Source of the DNA: the human T2T-CHM13v2.0 reference genome, Homo sapiens
Strand: one strand, 5' to 3'
DNA: 64,000 nucleotides
Assembly (NCBI RefSeq): GCF_009914755.1
Contig: NC_060928.1
Part shown: positions 1 to 13,801 of the stretch, piece by piece
Layout of the letters: each line of letters opens with the position of its first letter
Position numbering within the stretch: the stretch's first letter is position 1
The notes under the pieces: generated by a model
Seen by the model: the letters and a program-made list of their open reading frames with translations, nothing else
Told to the model about the DNA's origin: nothing
The model's database searches: none
Position numbers and translations under genes: made by a program

Positions 1-14
1 ACCCTATCATCCCC

Positions 15-1022
15 TGTAGGGTCTAGCCCCACAGGGTTGGTGGGTTTTTTCCCCGTGTGCAGAGACGAGAGAGTGTAGAAATAAAGACATAAGACACAAA
101 GATAAAAGAAAAGACAGCTGGGCCCGTGGTACCACTACCACCAAGATGTGGAGACCGGTAGTGGTCCCGAATGCCAGGCTGTGCTGATATTTATTGGATA
201 TAAGACAAAGGGGCAGGGTAAGGAGTGTGAGCCATCTCCAATGATAGGTAAGGTCACATGGGTCACGTGTCCACTGGACAGGGGGCCCTTCCCTGCCTGG
301 CAGCCGAGGCAGAGAGAGAGAGAAGAGAAAGAGAGAGACAGCTTACAACATTATTTCTGCTATCAGAGACTTTTAGTACTTTCACTAATTTGCTACTACT
401 ATCTAAAAGGCAGAACCAGGTGTACAGGATGGAACGTGAAGGCAGACTAAGAGCGTGACCACTGAAGCACAGCATCACAGGGAGATGGTTAGGCCTCTGG
501 ATAACTGCGGGCAGGCCTGACATCAGTCAGGCCGTCCACAAGAGGTGGAGTAGTAGAGTCTTCTCTAAACTCCCCCGGGGAAAGGGAGACTCCCATTCCC
601 AGTCTGCTAAGTAGCGGGTGTTTTTTGTTGACACTAACGCTACCGCTAGACCACAGTCCACTTGGCAACAGGCGTCTTCCCAGATGCTGGTGTTACCGCT
701 AGACCAAGGAGCCCTCCTGGTGGCCCTGTCCGGGCATAACAGAAGGCTCGCACTCTTGTCTTCTGGTCACTTCTCACTATGTCCCCTCAGCTCCTATCTC
801 TGTATGGCCTGGTTTTTCCTAGGTTATGATTGTAGAGCGAGGATTATTATAATATTGGAATAAAGAATAATTGCTACAAACTAATGATTAATGATATTCA
901 TATATAATCATATCTAAGATCTATATCTAGTATAACTATTCTTATTTTATATATTTTATTATACTGGAACAGCTCGTGCCCTGGGTCTCTTGCCTTGGCA
1001 GCTGGGTGGCTTGCCGCCCACA
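15..1022 (-). mobile_element. Solo LTR13-family (ERVK) LTR, full length
   Basis: TG...CA termini. The minus strand starts TGTGGGCGGCAAGCCACCCAG, as in the recalled LTR13 consensus. Perfect 6-bp TSD ATCCCC at 9-14 and 1023-1028. Confidence 0.85.
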
Positions 1023-1524
1023 ATCCCCCATGATCCTCTCCTTTTGATATTCATGTCCTTATATTATCTCCTCCCCTTAAGTGTGGACTAGACTTATGTC
1101 TTTGGTTTTTCACAAACAGTAATAGAGCAAAAGTGTTGGGATGTCACATCTTAATTCATAAAACACTGTTTTTGGATTTGTGCGTTCTCTTGGATCACTT
1201 GTGCTGGGGGATACAAACTGCCATTTTCTGATCAGTGCTATGGAAAGAAACAGCAAGAAACAGAGGCCCTGAGTCCAGCAGCTTGCGAGGAACTAAATAC
1301 GGGCAACACCTATGTGAATGAGCATGGAAGTGGATCCTTCAGTCCCAGGCCAGTCTTGAGATGACTCCAGCCTCAGTTAACAGCTTGGCTGAAATTTTAG
1401 GGCGACTTTCAGCCAGAGCCATCCAGCTAAGATGCTCCTGGATTTCTGACCCACAGAAGTTGTTTGTGGTTTTAAGCTTCTCAGTTTTGGGGTAACTTTT
1501 TATACAGCAATAGGTAGCTAATAC
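1023..1524 (+). mobile_element. Old MLT1-type (ERVL-MaLR) LTR, interrupted by the LTR13
   Basis: Degenerate MLT1 hallmarks: CCAGTC..GAGATGACT.CAGCC, CCAGCTAAG..GCTCCTGGATTTCTGACCCACAGAA, and the 3' end TTTTAAG...GGGGTAAC...CAGCAATAG.TA.CTAATAC. Confidence 0.7.
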
Positions 1525-2427
1525 CCTCACTAAACTCAGATGCCAGATATTTAGGGAACAACATTAAAATGTCCCAATGGTCCTTCAAGAAGATAATGCA
1601 CAATTAGTAGAAGGAAAAGAGAAGCAGAATTCTTGGGCTGGGTTGGCCATTTGGCCTGAGGAACTCAGTGAGTGGTTCCACCTGACACATGCATAACACA
1701 TCAGCGATTAAACCTTTGGACTTTTTTTTTTTTCAACGTGGAACTCAGGAGTGGCTGGGATTGAAACTCAGCTTTACCTTTGTAGCCATAAACTGACCAC
1801 CTTGTCTCATCATCTTGCCTTGGGAGAGAAGAAAACTATGGTGAAATCAACATTTCTCAAGTTGCTAAAGCCTCCTGGCAGGCAGGAGCTAAATGGTTCT
1901 TTTTCCTCTGCCCCACTTTTGGTCTCAATGGCCGAGTTTCCTGACTCCAAGAAAACCACCTTTGATTATATAAAGGTATTAGGGGCTGGGGAACACTGGT
2001 CTTTTGTTACTAGCAATCTAAAGCGCTTAGGAAGAAAAGCCCTGGGGGTGGGGGTCACCCCTGGAAAGTTGGGCGGGCTTTGTGTTAGCTCCAACTCTGG
2101 GGCTTTTGTGGAACCTCGGAGAGGGAGGAATTCTTAGATTTCTGAAAGTTGTGCGAAACGGACCCCAGAGGCCTGGAAAGGCGCGTCCCCAGCCTCCAGG
2201 GTTTCCTGCGCAGCCCTGGGCATCTCGGAAGGGGGCGACCCCAGCATGTCCCAACTTCCCGCCAGCAGCGGAGCGCGGGGGTGGGCGGGGTCGGCTGCGC
2301 GCCCTCCCCTCCTCTCCCCTCCTCCCCCCGCCCACCCCCTCCCCGCGCTCTCCCCTCCCACTTCCCTTTCTCTGCCTGGCCGCCCCGCGGGCGCGACCTC
2401 TCGGGGCAGTGACGAACTGGGTGGAGC

Positions 2428-2451
2428 CCGCCGCCGCCGCCGCCGCCGCCG
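2428..2451 (+). repeat. (CCG)8 trinucleotide repeat in the putative 5' UTR
   Basis: Eight uninterrupted CCG units read directly. Confidence 0.95.
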
Positions 2452-2460
2452 GGGAGAGCG

Positions 2461-2532
2461 ATGCCCCGGCCCCGCCGCTCCCCAAGCCCGCCCCCGGCCG
2501 CCCGCGGGCCCACGGGCCGGCGGCGGGAGTGA
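2461..2532 (+). other. Candidate upstream ORF (23 aa, MPRPRRSPSPPPAARGPTGRRRE)
   Basis: ATG at 2461 and TGA at 2530-2532, in the same frame as ATG 2572 and 39 nt upstream of it. Translation is not shown. Confidence 0.4.
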
Positions 2533-2571
2533 GCGGGAGCCGGCGGGCGAAGAGCCGCCGCCCGGCCCGCG

Positions 2572-2601
2572 ATGTCACCATTGTTCAGCTGGGTGGCCAA
2601 G
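2572..2601 (+). CDS. TBC1D1: Coding part of a candidate alternative first exon of TBC1D1 (MSPLFSWVAK)
   Basis: cccgcgATG (G at -3), 10 codons, then AAG|gtaggc donor in phase 0. This matches the phase-0 acceptor at 39585 and gives MSPLFSWVAK-VPEIISSIRQ. Confidence 0.7.
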
Positions 2602-3960
2602 GTAGGCGGCGTCGGGCGGGCGCCCGTTACCGGAGCGGAGCGGCAGGCGCGGGGCTGGAACATTTGTAACCTTCGGGCCGGGGCTGGGCCGGGCCGCTGG
2701 AGGCCAGGCGCGGCGGGGGGCGAGCGGCGGGCGCGACCAGGTCGTTAGCCGCGCGTTTCTCATTCATTAGTCTCCCAGATCCCTGTGGGGAGGACGGGCG
2801 AGGTAGCGGCGCCCATTTCACAGTTGGGGAGACTGAGGCTGTACTCGGGGACCCCTGCGGGAGCCCGAACCCAGCAGGCGGCTCCTCCGGCCCCTGTCGC
2901 TCCCCGCGCCGCGGAGCTGCCGCTCGGTGCCTCCCCGGCGCGGGACCTCGCGGAAGTCGACCTCGCGTGTCTCCCTCGCGGGTGTCGCCCTCGTGTGTCT
3001 CCCTCGCAGAAGTCGGCTTGCGCTGGGCCGCCTGGACAGGGCGCCGAGGATGCCCAGAGGCTGGTGCCCACAAGGGGCGTCTGTCTTTCGTTTTTAACCC
3101 TCTGGTTTCAAAGGGCATGTTCTGAGGTCTGAGTTTTAAATAGAAGTTTTTAACTTTCCATTCCCACAAAGTTTTATTTTCAGAACATCAGCGCCTTCGA
3201 GATAACTGGGTGGTGCAAATCCAGGCCAGTTGCACTGTTGCTAACAGGAAGGCATAAGTGTAGATTTCCCGAGTTCCCACCAGTTCGAGAACACAGTAAT
3301 AGCATCAATAGCATTCTTTTTATCCACTCCTGCAGTGCCAGGTGTCTGAATGTGTTTTAAAGGATGCGACCCTCGCCACCTTGAAAGGCTCGCTGGTCGT
3401 TAGGGCATCTTGCTGTCACCCCATGCACTCAGTCCCTTGGCCGGCGCCTTCCCAGGGCTTGTTTCCTGTGTATGGCTGGTTGAGTAATAAGCTCACAACT
3501 CGTTAGCCATACTGTGAGGCTTTACCAATTAATAATTTAATTAGGTGGTGGTTATGTCTTGAGTTATCATGCAATGCTTTTATAGTCTTATTTAATTACA
3601 TTTTTATGAATACCTGTTTGTGAGCAGGTATGGCTTTGCCTGTGATTTAAGTGATACAAAATTGGAGACACAGAAACTAGATAACACTAGTTTTTAGATG
3701 GGCAAAAGTTTTTAGGTAGATTTTCTTACTAGGTAAATAACATTCCATTAGAATCACTTCCTGAAACATAGCTGGTGGTAAAATGAGATGACTTTCAAAA
3801 ACGTTTTGAGTCATTAAAAAGTCATTTCAAAAACCATCACAGACTTTTAGGACGATTGTTAGCCTTCTCCGAGTGTCAGTACGTTGGAAAAGTTTATATA
3901 GAGGAAATGTAGGCTGGTAGCTTAATTTGGATTCTGAATCTTGTTATTTCAAAATTATTA

Positions 3961-4248
<288 letters not shown>

Positions 4249-4820
4249 TCAAAATTATTATTTCGATTACAGGACAACAGCGGAAAAACTATTAAATGTT
4301 TTTGGAGCAAATTCATGTATACCTCTTAGCATACATTTTTAAAATGTGGTTATTTTATATTTCATTTCCTGTAGGTGGTGCATGCATTACAAATTATATC
4401 CCGAAATTGAATGATTTTTATAGATAACGTGTTATCCTGTGAAAGATTTTAGAATACGAAATTAGTCTTTGGAAGTTTATTTCTTGGAGTTATAGATTGT
4501 AAGAATGATGTTCTATGGAACTGATGTGGTTTACGGTGAAGAGGCAAGTCATTAACACACTTTACATTACAAACTAGGTAATATCCTAAAGACAAAGACA
4601 AAAGGCATAGATAATGTACACAATGTGAATAATCTTGAAGTTGTTATATTTGACTTCAGAATGCCCCTTCAGAAACACACAGCTGCACATGAGCACAGGC
4701 CTCACACAAACACCTGCACATCCAGTTACGCAGCTGACTTTCCTTTTCCTTTTTCATTTTGACCTTTGCAACTGCAGCTGAACACCTGGTGGGGAAGGAG
4801 AAGGGGTGGGTGTCGGTTGA

Positions 4821-5150
<330 letters not shown>

Positions 5151-5991
5151 AAGCATGAATGTGTTTTTCTTGCACGATGCATTAGTATTGTGTGAATATT
5201 GAATGTGTAGAGTGGGCAATTTCATGATGTAGGAATAAAGCCAAAACGGGAGAGTTTTGTTTTAAAGAGATTATCTGTTTAAAGAAGGAAGAAAAACATA
5301 AGATGTACTTTTAAAAAAAATTGGACATGATCTGGAACATTAGGGCAGGTGTACATTGCATCAAGAATGTGGCTGGGCTTTATAGCAGTGTGATTTCTTG
5401 ATTAGTCTTTCAGTGGGGACACTTGACTTTTTACGCAGTTTATAAATAAAACTGAACTTCTCAAGCTTTGTGATTTTCATAGTAAACTCACAGATGTCCC
5501 CAACAACCTGTCAGTTTTGAGTATATCTACTGTTTCTATGCCTCCATGTATCTGTTAGTCAAAACTGACTGCAGCAGAACTGCCAAGTAACTTCCAGAAT
5601 TTATTTGGATTTGCACCTGCTTATAAAGTTTGTAGCTAAGATTATTGCTGGTATCTCAAGTTGGTAGATTTTAAATATACATATGTCAGTTTATGAGAAA
5701 AAATGGAAAATGAGAACTAAATATAGCCAAGTTTGCTGTGTTTCAAATCCAAGTATAGTTTCATATAGTTTATGGTGTGTATTAAGTATTTACCTTATGA
5801 ATAAAGTACTTAACTGTGTATTTAATGTATTAATTAAGGCATTTAACTGTGTATTTTCCAGTGCTCATTCAACAAGTGTTTTATTAGGTACTTTTTGTAT
5901 ATAAGCAGTGTTTATGTCCTGGAGGAGTTAATTCACTCTGCACAATAGATTATCCTTTAAAAAGTGTGCACCCTGGAGATTTGTAAATTAA

Positions 5992-6342
<351 letters not shown>

Positions 6343-6424
6343 TGATTGCTAATTAATATTTTATGTAAAACCAGGTTTTCCGTATTTGGGCATTACTTTT
6401 AAAACATTGGTTTATCTAGCCACC

Positions 6425-7030
6425 ATTCATTCAACAGGTCATTTAACAAATGTGTTCAGTGCAGATATTTATGGATAACCTACCTATAATAGGTACTATT
6501 TGAGGAGCTGGGGATTTAGCAACCGACAAGCAGACCCCTGTTTTCATGGAATTCTAGATGGGAGAGATAGCAAAGCAGCAAGCAAATAGGTGAACAAGAT
6601 TATTTCAGATGGTGATCAGTGCGAGGAAGAGAAGTAAGTGGCTCCGGGCTGGGGTGGTGCAGGGGTGGCATTCCATCTGACTGGTGAGAGGGCAGGAAAC
6701 ATGCTCCAGGCAGGCCTCAGGGAGAAGGGAGGTATGGCTGGAATATATCCAGCTGGGTGCACAGCACTGAGCTTTGAGTGGGGAGGGGTAAGGTGGGCCA
6801 GGCTGTTTATGGCTCCATAGGCTTAGAATGGGGTTTGGATTTGCTTTTAAGTGTAGTCAGAAGCCGTTAAAGATGTGGAAAAGAGGAGTGATGTCAGCTG
6901 ATGTATATTTCGGATGGAAGCAGAGGGACCACTTAGGAGGTGGTTTTGGTTCGGATAGGAGGTGATAGTGGTAGCTTGGACCTCAGTAATAAGAAAGGAA
7001 TACCAGTGGATAGTCATTGTCTGTATTTTG
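6425..7030 (-). mobile_element. L2 3' fragment (degenerate)
   Basis: CATTCATTCAACA..., then GAATTCTAGATGGGAGA and GGATTTGCTTTTAAG..., resembling the reverse L2 3' end. Confidence 0.55.
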
Positions 7031-8193
7031 AAATGATGTGACCCAGTGGCTTTGCTATCTTGTTTGTCTGTGTTTGGTGCAAATAACCGAGTAACTAATT
7101 GCTATTTATATGTTGAGTACGAGTACAACTTGCCCTTCCATCATCTCTTTCTTCTAAGCACAGCTTCCATGCAAAGTTCTGTCCTGACTCTGGGCTTATT
7201 TATTTACCTTTGAGGTTTCCTGCAGACTAGACCAGCCCACCTTGGGTGCCGGTAGGCGGTAGGAGTTGCCCTTCTGTTTACCAGCACACAGCACAGCAGC
7301 CTTCCTATGTAAGGTGTGAATCTGACTATAGCAAATATTTAGGCAACAATTTTCTTGTGTTGCTTGAAGTCAGTCCAGTGTTGGTTTGTCCTTGATGTGT
7401 GTCCTAGGTTAATGTGATGTATTGTTTTAAAATTTTTTTTTCTTCTGTAGACTCATACTACATTTTATTAGTGGATGCTTGAGTTTAATAAGGAGGGGAG
7501 AACTCCTTGTCATAGTCAAACCATTCCTTGAATTTGAAAAATGTGCTGCCTCGGCTAAGCAAAGCTGGTATAACCCTGACCAGGATTTCAGCAGAGTTCC
7601 TGTGGAGCACTTTTTATCTGGTAGTGGTGGCAGCTGTGTTTTGGGCTTTGGGAACTCTAGTTGCTTAGAGTGTGCCAGGAACTTGGGCATAGGTTGGTTT
7701 TACTGAAAGAGAATGGAGGAGAGCAGAGATAGAAATCCCACCTAATCCACAAATAGAACACAGCCCAGAGCAATGCCTGATGAGAAAAAAAGATAAAGTA
7801 TAATTTGTTTCCTTAGACAAATTCTTTAATGTGATTTTAACCTGTATGTGTGTCCCCTGTTCTTCTGTTTCTATCAAAACTCTCCTCATCCTTCATTCCT
7901 TTCCTGAAGCACCTCTGATTAATCATTCATTCATTGACGAATGTACTAAGCAGGGCAGAGAATAACGGGAAGGGCAGGTTGTGCCAGGCAGTTAGAGTAG
8001 CGTATGCTAAGGCCTGGAGGCCCCTTGGTGGAGCTGCACTCACAGGAGGTTGGTGGGCCTGGAGCGAGACTGCTGGGGGGAGTAGCAGAGGCGAATGAGG
8101 ACCAGGATGAGCATGGCATACAGACCCCTTTGGTATTTTATTCTGGAGCAGTGAAGACCCATTAGGGGCCAAAGATGATCTTTCCCCAAACTC

Positions 8194-8481
8194 TTTTTTT
8201 TTTTTTTTTTTTCAGACGGAGTCTCGCTCTGTCACCAGGCTGGAGTGCAGTGGTGCGATCTCGGCTCCCTCCACCTCCCAGGTTCAAGTGATTCTCCTGC
8301 CTCAGCTCCCGAGTAGCTGGGATTACAGGCAGGTGCCACCACACCCAGCTAATTTTTGTATTTTTAGTAGAGACGGGGTTTCACCATGTTGGCCAGGATG
8401 GTCTCGATCTCCTGACCTCGTGATCTACCTGCCTCGGCCTCCCAAAGTGCTGGGATTATAGGCGTGAGCCACTGTGTCCGC
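8194..8481 (-). mobile_element. Alu (S-type, small internal deletion)
   Basis: Reverse Alu with TSD TCCCCAAACTCTT. Confidence 0.95.
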
Positions 8482-8579
8482 CATCCCTCCCCCAAACTCT
8501 TATAGCTGTGTATTTCATTCTGTATGATGCTTTGTACGGTCACCACACTGTGCCCGGCTTTTTCTTCTTCCCTTTTTTC

Positions 8580-9585
8580 TTTAAATATACTTTATTTTTT
8601 AGAGCAGTTGTAGGTTTACAGCAAAATTGAGTGGAAGTTACAGAGATTTCCCATATAGCCCCTGTCCCCACTGAACTTCTCAAGCTTTGTGATTTTCATA
8701 GTAAACTCACAGATGTTTTGATAGAAACAGAAGAACAGGGGACACATGCACAGCATCCCCTGTTATTAATATTCCTCACCAGAATGGTGCATTTGTTACA
8801 ACTGATGAATCTATATTGACATATGATTATCACACAAAGTCCATCGTTTACATTAGGGTTCACTGTTGGTGATATACATTCTACAGGTTTGGACAAATGT
8901 ATAATGACGTGTATCCAGCATTATAATATCATACAGAGTAGTTTCATTGCCCTACCAGTCCTCTGTGATCGATTCATCCCTCCCTTCCTATAAGCCTTTG
9001 GCAACCCACTAATCTTCATACTATTTATAGAGCATGTATATATAGTTCTGCCTATAGAGAATGTCATGTAGTTGGAATCATACAGTATATATGTAGCCTT
9101 TTCGGATTGGCTTCTTTCACTAAGTATATGCATTTAAGTTTCCTGTGTGCTTTTTTTTTTAAAATGGCTTGATCATTTTTTTGTGCTGAATCATATTAAT
9201 TGCCTGGATGTACCACAGTTTATCCATTCACCCACAGAAGGACATCTTGGTTGCTTCCAAGTTTTAGCAATTATGAGTAAAGCTACTATAAACATCTCTG
9301 TGTAGGTTTTTGTGTGGATATGAGTTTTCAGCTCCTTTGAGTAGATATCAAGAAGTATGATTGATAGATTGTAATGTAAGATTATGTTTGTTTTTGTGAG
9401 AAGCACTCAACTGCTTTTCAAAGTGCCTATACCATTTTGTATTGCCATCAACAATGAATGAGAATTTCTTTTGCTCCTCACAGGCATTTGATGTTGTATT
9501 CTGGAATTTGATTATTCTAATAGGTGTGTAGTGGTACCTCATAGATGTTTTAATTTATGTTTCTTTAATGACAGCTGATGTAGTC
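8580..9585 (-). mobile_element. L1MC-like LINE-1 3' fragment
   Basis: TTTTTAGAGCAG..TAGGTTTACAGCAAAATTGAG..., GGACATCTTGGTTGCTTCCAAG, GTGTGTAGTGGTA. The minus strand translates to degenerate ORF2 C-terminal motifs (MRYHYTPIR; KTWKQPRCPS). Confidence 0.85.
8670..8746. other. 77-bp templated insertion (direct copy of 5451-5497 plus inverted copy of 7849-7880)
   Basis: Exact 47/47 and 32/32 matches by eye, overlapping by GT at 8715-8716. Confidence 0.9.
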
Positions 9586-9632
9586 CTACTCCCTTTCTTT
9601 TGATTGACTTTTAAGGAATAGAAATAATGTTA

Positions 9633-9933
<301 letters not shown>

Positions 9934-9970
9934 TTAGTGCTTTTGAATTTTATTTTAGAATGCACAGTAA

Positions 9971-10324
<354 letters not shown>

Positions 10325-11412
10325 ATATTTATGATATTTATGAATCTAATCTTAAGTATCTGGTTTTTCCATTTTAAAATTTCTATGATTTCTGATTTTG
10401 TTGTTGGAAGAGTGGTGAACAAGTACTCTGTGCTCTTTTGTTAAATTTATATGAAAAAGCTGACAGAAAAATTTCCTTAATTTTCATGCACTTTGGTTAT
10501 TTTCCTGTAAATCATTTTTATATCTGTCATGTTATAATGGGATTAGACTCACAGGCTCTGTTCTTTTACATTGGTTGAACTTGGCTAAGTTAACTTTGCT
10601 GAGCCTGTTTTCTTGTCTCTGAAATGAACTTAATATATACTTGTTTTGTATTTATCTTTTTAAAAATAGTTCCTATTTTAAAATCCATTAATGTCAAAAT
10701 CTGCTTAGGAAATTGTGAAGACTATCTTCAGATGTAAACCATTTAAAACATGGTCGAATGGGCAGTTTAAGTTAATGGCATGTGTGGTATTAGGCAGGGT
10801 AGATACTGAGATGAGTAGGACATGGGCCCAGCCCTTGAGTAGCTTGCAGTCTAATGGGGAGAGGGAGACCTGTGGAGATAATTTAATTTTAATGTGATAT
10901 ATGCACGAAGAATCACTCAGCTGGGATTTTGGAGGAGACTAGAAGATGAGGTCTGAGTGAAGTCAAGGGTAATTGTAGGTCATTGATGTGGTGGATTATG
11001 AAAAGGAATAGTGAGGAAATACTACTGGTAGTTTTCTAGCATGTTTCAGAATGATTCAAGGTTGCTTTCCAACTGTTTGCCTTGTTTTTGAGACCACTGA
11101 TTTTTAACCTTGGGGAAGGCACATCAGTATAAATAAATTACTCAGACCTTTTCTTTCATACCAGCACTGCCTATGGCCCTCAAATACCTATCAGTAATTG
11201 TGGCTTAGGGTGGTGGTCATTCTAGTAGGATTTAGTAATGTAATTACGGTGTAACCAGAATGTCATCTTGAATGTAATTCCATTTGTTCTTTTCTACATG
11301 GGGAACTGACACCCAGAGCGATGAAGTAACTTGATTTGAACAAGATCACACAGCTAGTTTATGGCAGAACTTAAAAAGTTCTTGGACACCTGTTTTTGAG
11401 GTACATTGTTAA

Positions 11413-11895
<483 letters not shown>

Positions 11896-13801
11896 TAGTC
11901 GGGTTGGGGTGGGTGGGGATCCTTTGATATGTGAAGGGTGTCTCTGCAGCCTGGTAGGACCAACCAGTTGTGTTAACTGTGCAAGAAGAAGCACAGCCTG
12001 AGTATTTGAAGAGAGTGCAAGTTGCCAATGTCTAATGTGGCTGTTTAGCTCCCTAGCACTGGGCTGCAGTGACCCACCCATTCACTGAGTGCTCCTGTTT
12101 CCCGGAAGGCATCCTCTGGGAGATGGGGTAGGTGTGTGTAATGGATCTCTTCCCTCTAATATGAGAGATTGACTTTGCTCAGAAAAACATCGACTGCAAA
12201 TGGCATTTAATAGAAGGGACAATTATTTTAGCATGAATAACAAGGGAAGAGATGATTATATTTTTCAGAACTTTATATGTGCCAGCCATTGTGTTAGAAG
12301 TCTCATAATTAATTTAATTCTCAAAATAATTGTGGCAGTAGTGGTATTATTTCCTCCTTCCACTTTTTTTTTTTTCAGGAAAGAAATATGAAGAAACTGA
12401 AATTCAGAAAGGCTAGGTACCGTGTCCTAGCTAATAAGATTAAAGCTTGACTTGTTTGGCTCTAAATTCATATTTTATCTGTTGTACCTGCATTGTCTCT
12501 GTAACGGGGATTACAACGCATGTTCAATATGTGAAACAAGGGCAGCAGAGCTTAGAAAAATATCTTGTTCCACTGAGAAACTGAACTTTTTTCCCCTTTC
12601 TTAGGTGAGAGACATAAAACATTCAACTAATCTGCTTTTAAAAATAGATATACCATATGGAAACTATATAAGAAGTGTAACATTTTTTTAAATCCCTGAA
12701 TTTTGTGATGTTCTCAGTTAGGGAGAGAAGGAAACAGGAAATAAGAGAAAAATCATATAGAAGATTGAAGGTGAAGATTGGGAGGAGGTTAAGACAATTC
12801 AATGATAGACCGAAAGAGGTCAGTTTTGAGTGACCACATGAGATTGCATTTTCTCGTTGACTTGAGTTGTGGATTTTAGAGTGTTTTCACTTATTCTCTG
12901 ATATTCTTTTCAAAGTACCACAGAACCATGTTTCATAGTTATTCAGCTTACCTGGAAAGTTCTCTTTAGGAGTCGATTCTGCATAGACTCTCCAGAGCAT
13001 CATACTGTGGATGTTTTATCGGCCTATAGATAGCACACTAGGCAGGCAGTAGCAGGCGTGGGGTGCAGGTCCCAGTGTGCTCTGTGTTTGCTGTTTAGCC
13101 TTGGCTAGGCGACAGTGGGAAAGATGATCAATGCCAGGTGCCCATCAGGTAGCCTTGTTTGGCATCACGTGAGCTGATGTAAGTGCATGTAAACCGTCAA
13201 GCACTCTTTTGGATGAACTTGTCTAGGAACAGCAGGGTGTAGCACGTGTTTCCAATACATTTTTTGACCTAGGGCAAGTTACACTTGCCTGGGCCTCAGT
13301 CCTTGATCTATAAAATGAGAACATTGTGTTAAATGATTGCTACAGTTGTATTCAATTCAGAATCTGTGTCCCTGTGAGTGCAAGTCAAGCCAACTATCTT
13401 AGATTGTCTACCTTTGATAAGGAGGAAAGGGCCCCTGAAATCATTGGTCTAGGTCAGATCTCTCCACCAGTTACCAGTGGAGGGATGACCTTAAGTAAGT
13501 TATTTTTTTCTCTAGACATTAATGTGTTCATCCATTAAAGGGGGGATGATAAACAGCTATCCTCTAAGCGGTTGACGATTTATCCACATAACACACTTAG
13601 TACCTAGATTAAGCACTTAGTACTCGTGAACCATCATCATCATTGAATTTAGGGGTGGAGGAAGACTTTTGTAGTTGCTTAGCTGCATTCCCTCTTTTTA
13701 AGGATGAAGAAACATGAAGCCCACTATAGGTGAGATGTCTTTCCCAAAGCCACAGCTAAGATCCAAACAGAGCTCTTTGCATCACCTGGCACTCATTCAA
13801 A

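Larger units (their letters stand above)
2140..3080. promoter_or_regulatory. TBC1D1: CpG island, internal alternative promoter of TBC1D1
   Basis: Very GC- and CpG-dense against an AT-rich background. Contains GC boxes (GGGGTGGGCGGGG ~2278-2290), a C-rich tract at 2302-2370, a CCG repeat and a splice donor at 2602. The TSS cannot be read from sequence. Confidence 0.85.

Noticed and set aside
2572-2601. Resemblance of MSPLFSWVAK to the recalled canonical segment MPMLPWVVAE
   Set aside because: Ten residues are too few to infer homology.
2027-3169. Several overlapping 100-195 aa ORFs on both strands
   Set aside because: Expected from stop-codon scarcity in a CpG island; low-complexity G/R/A/P composition with no recognisable protein.
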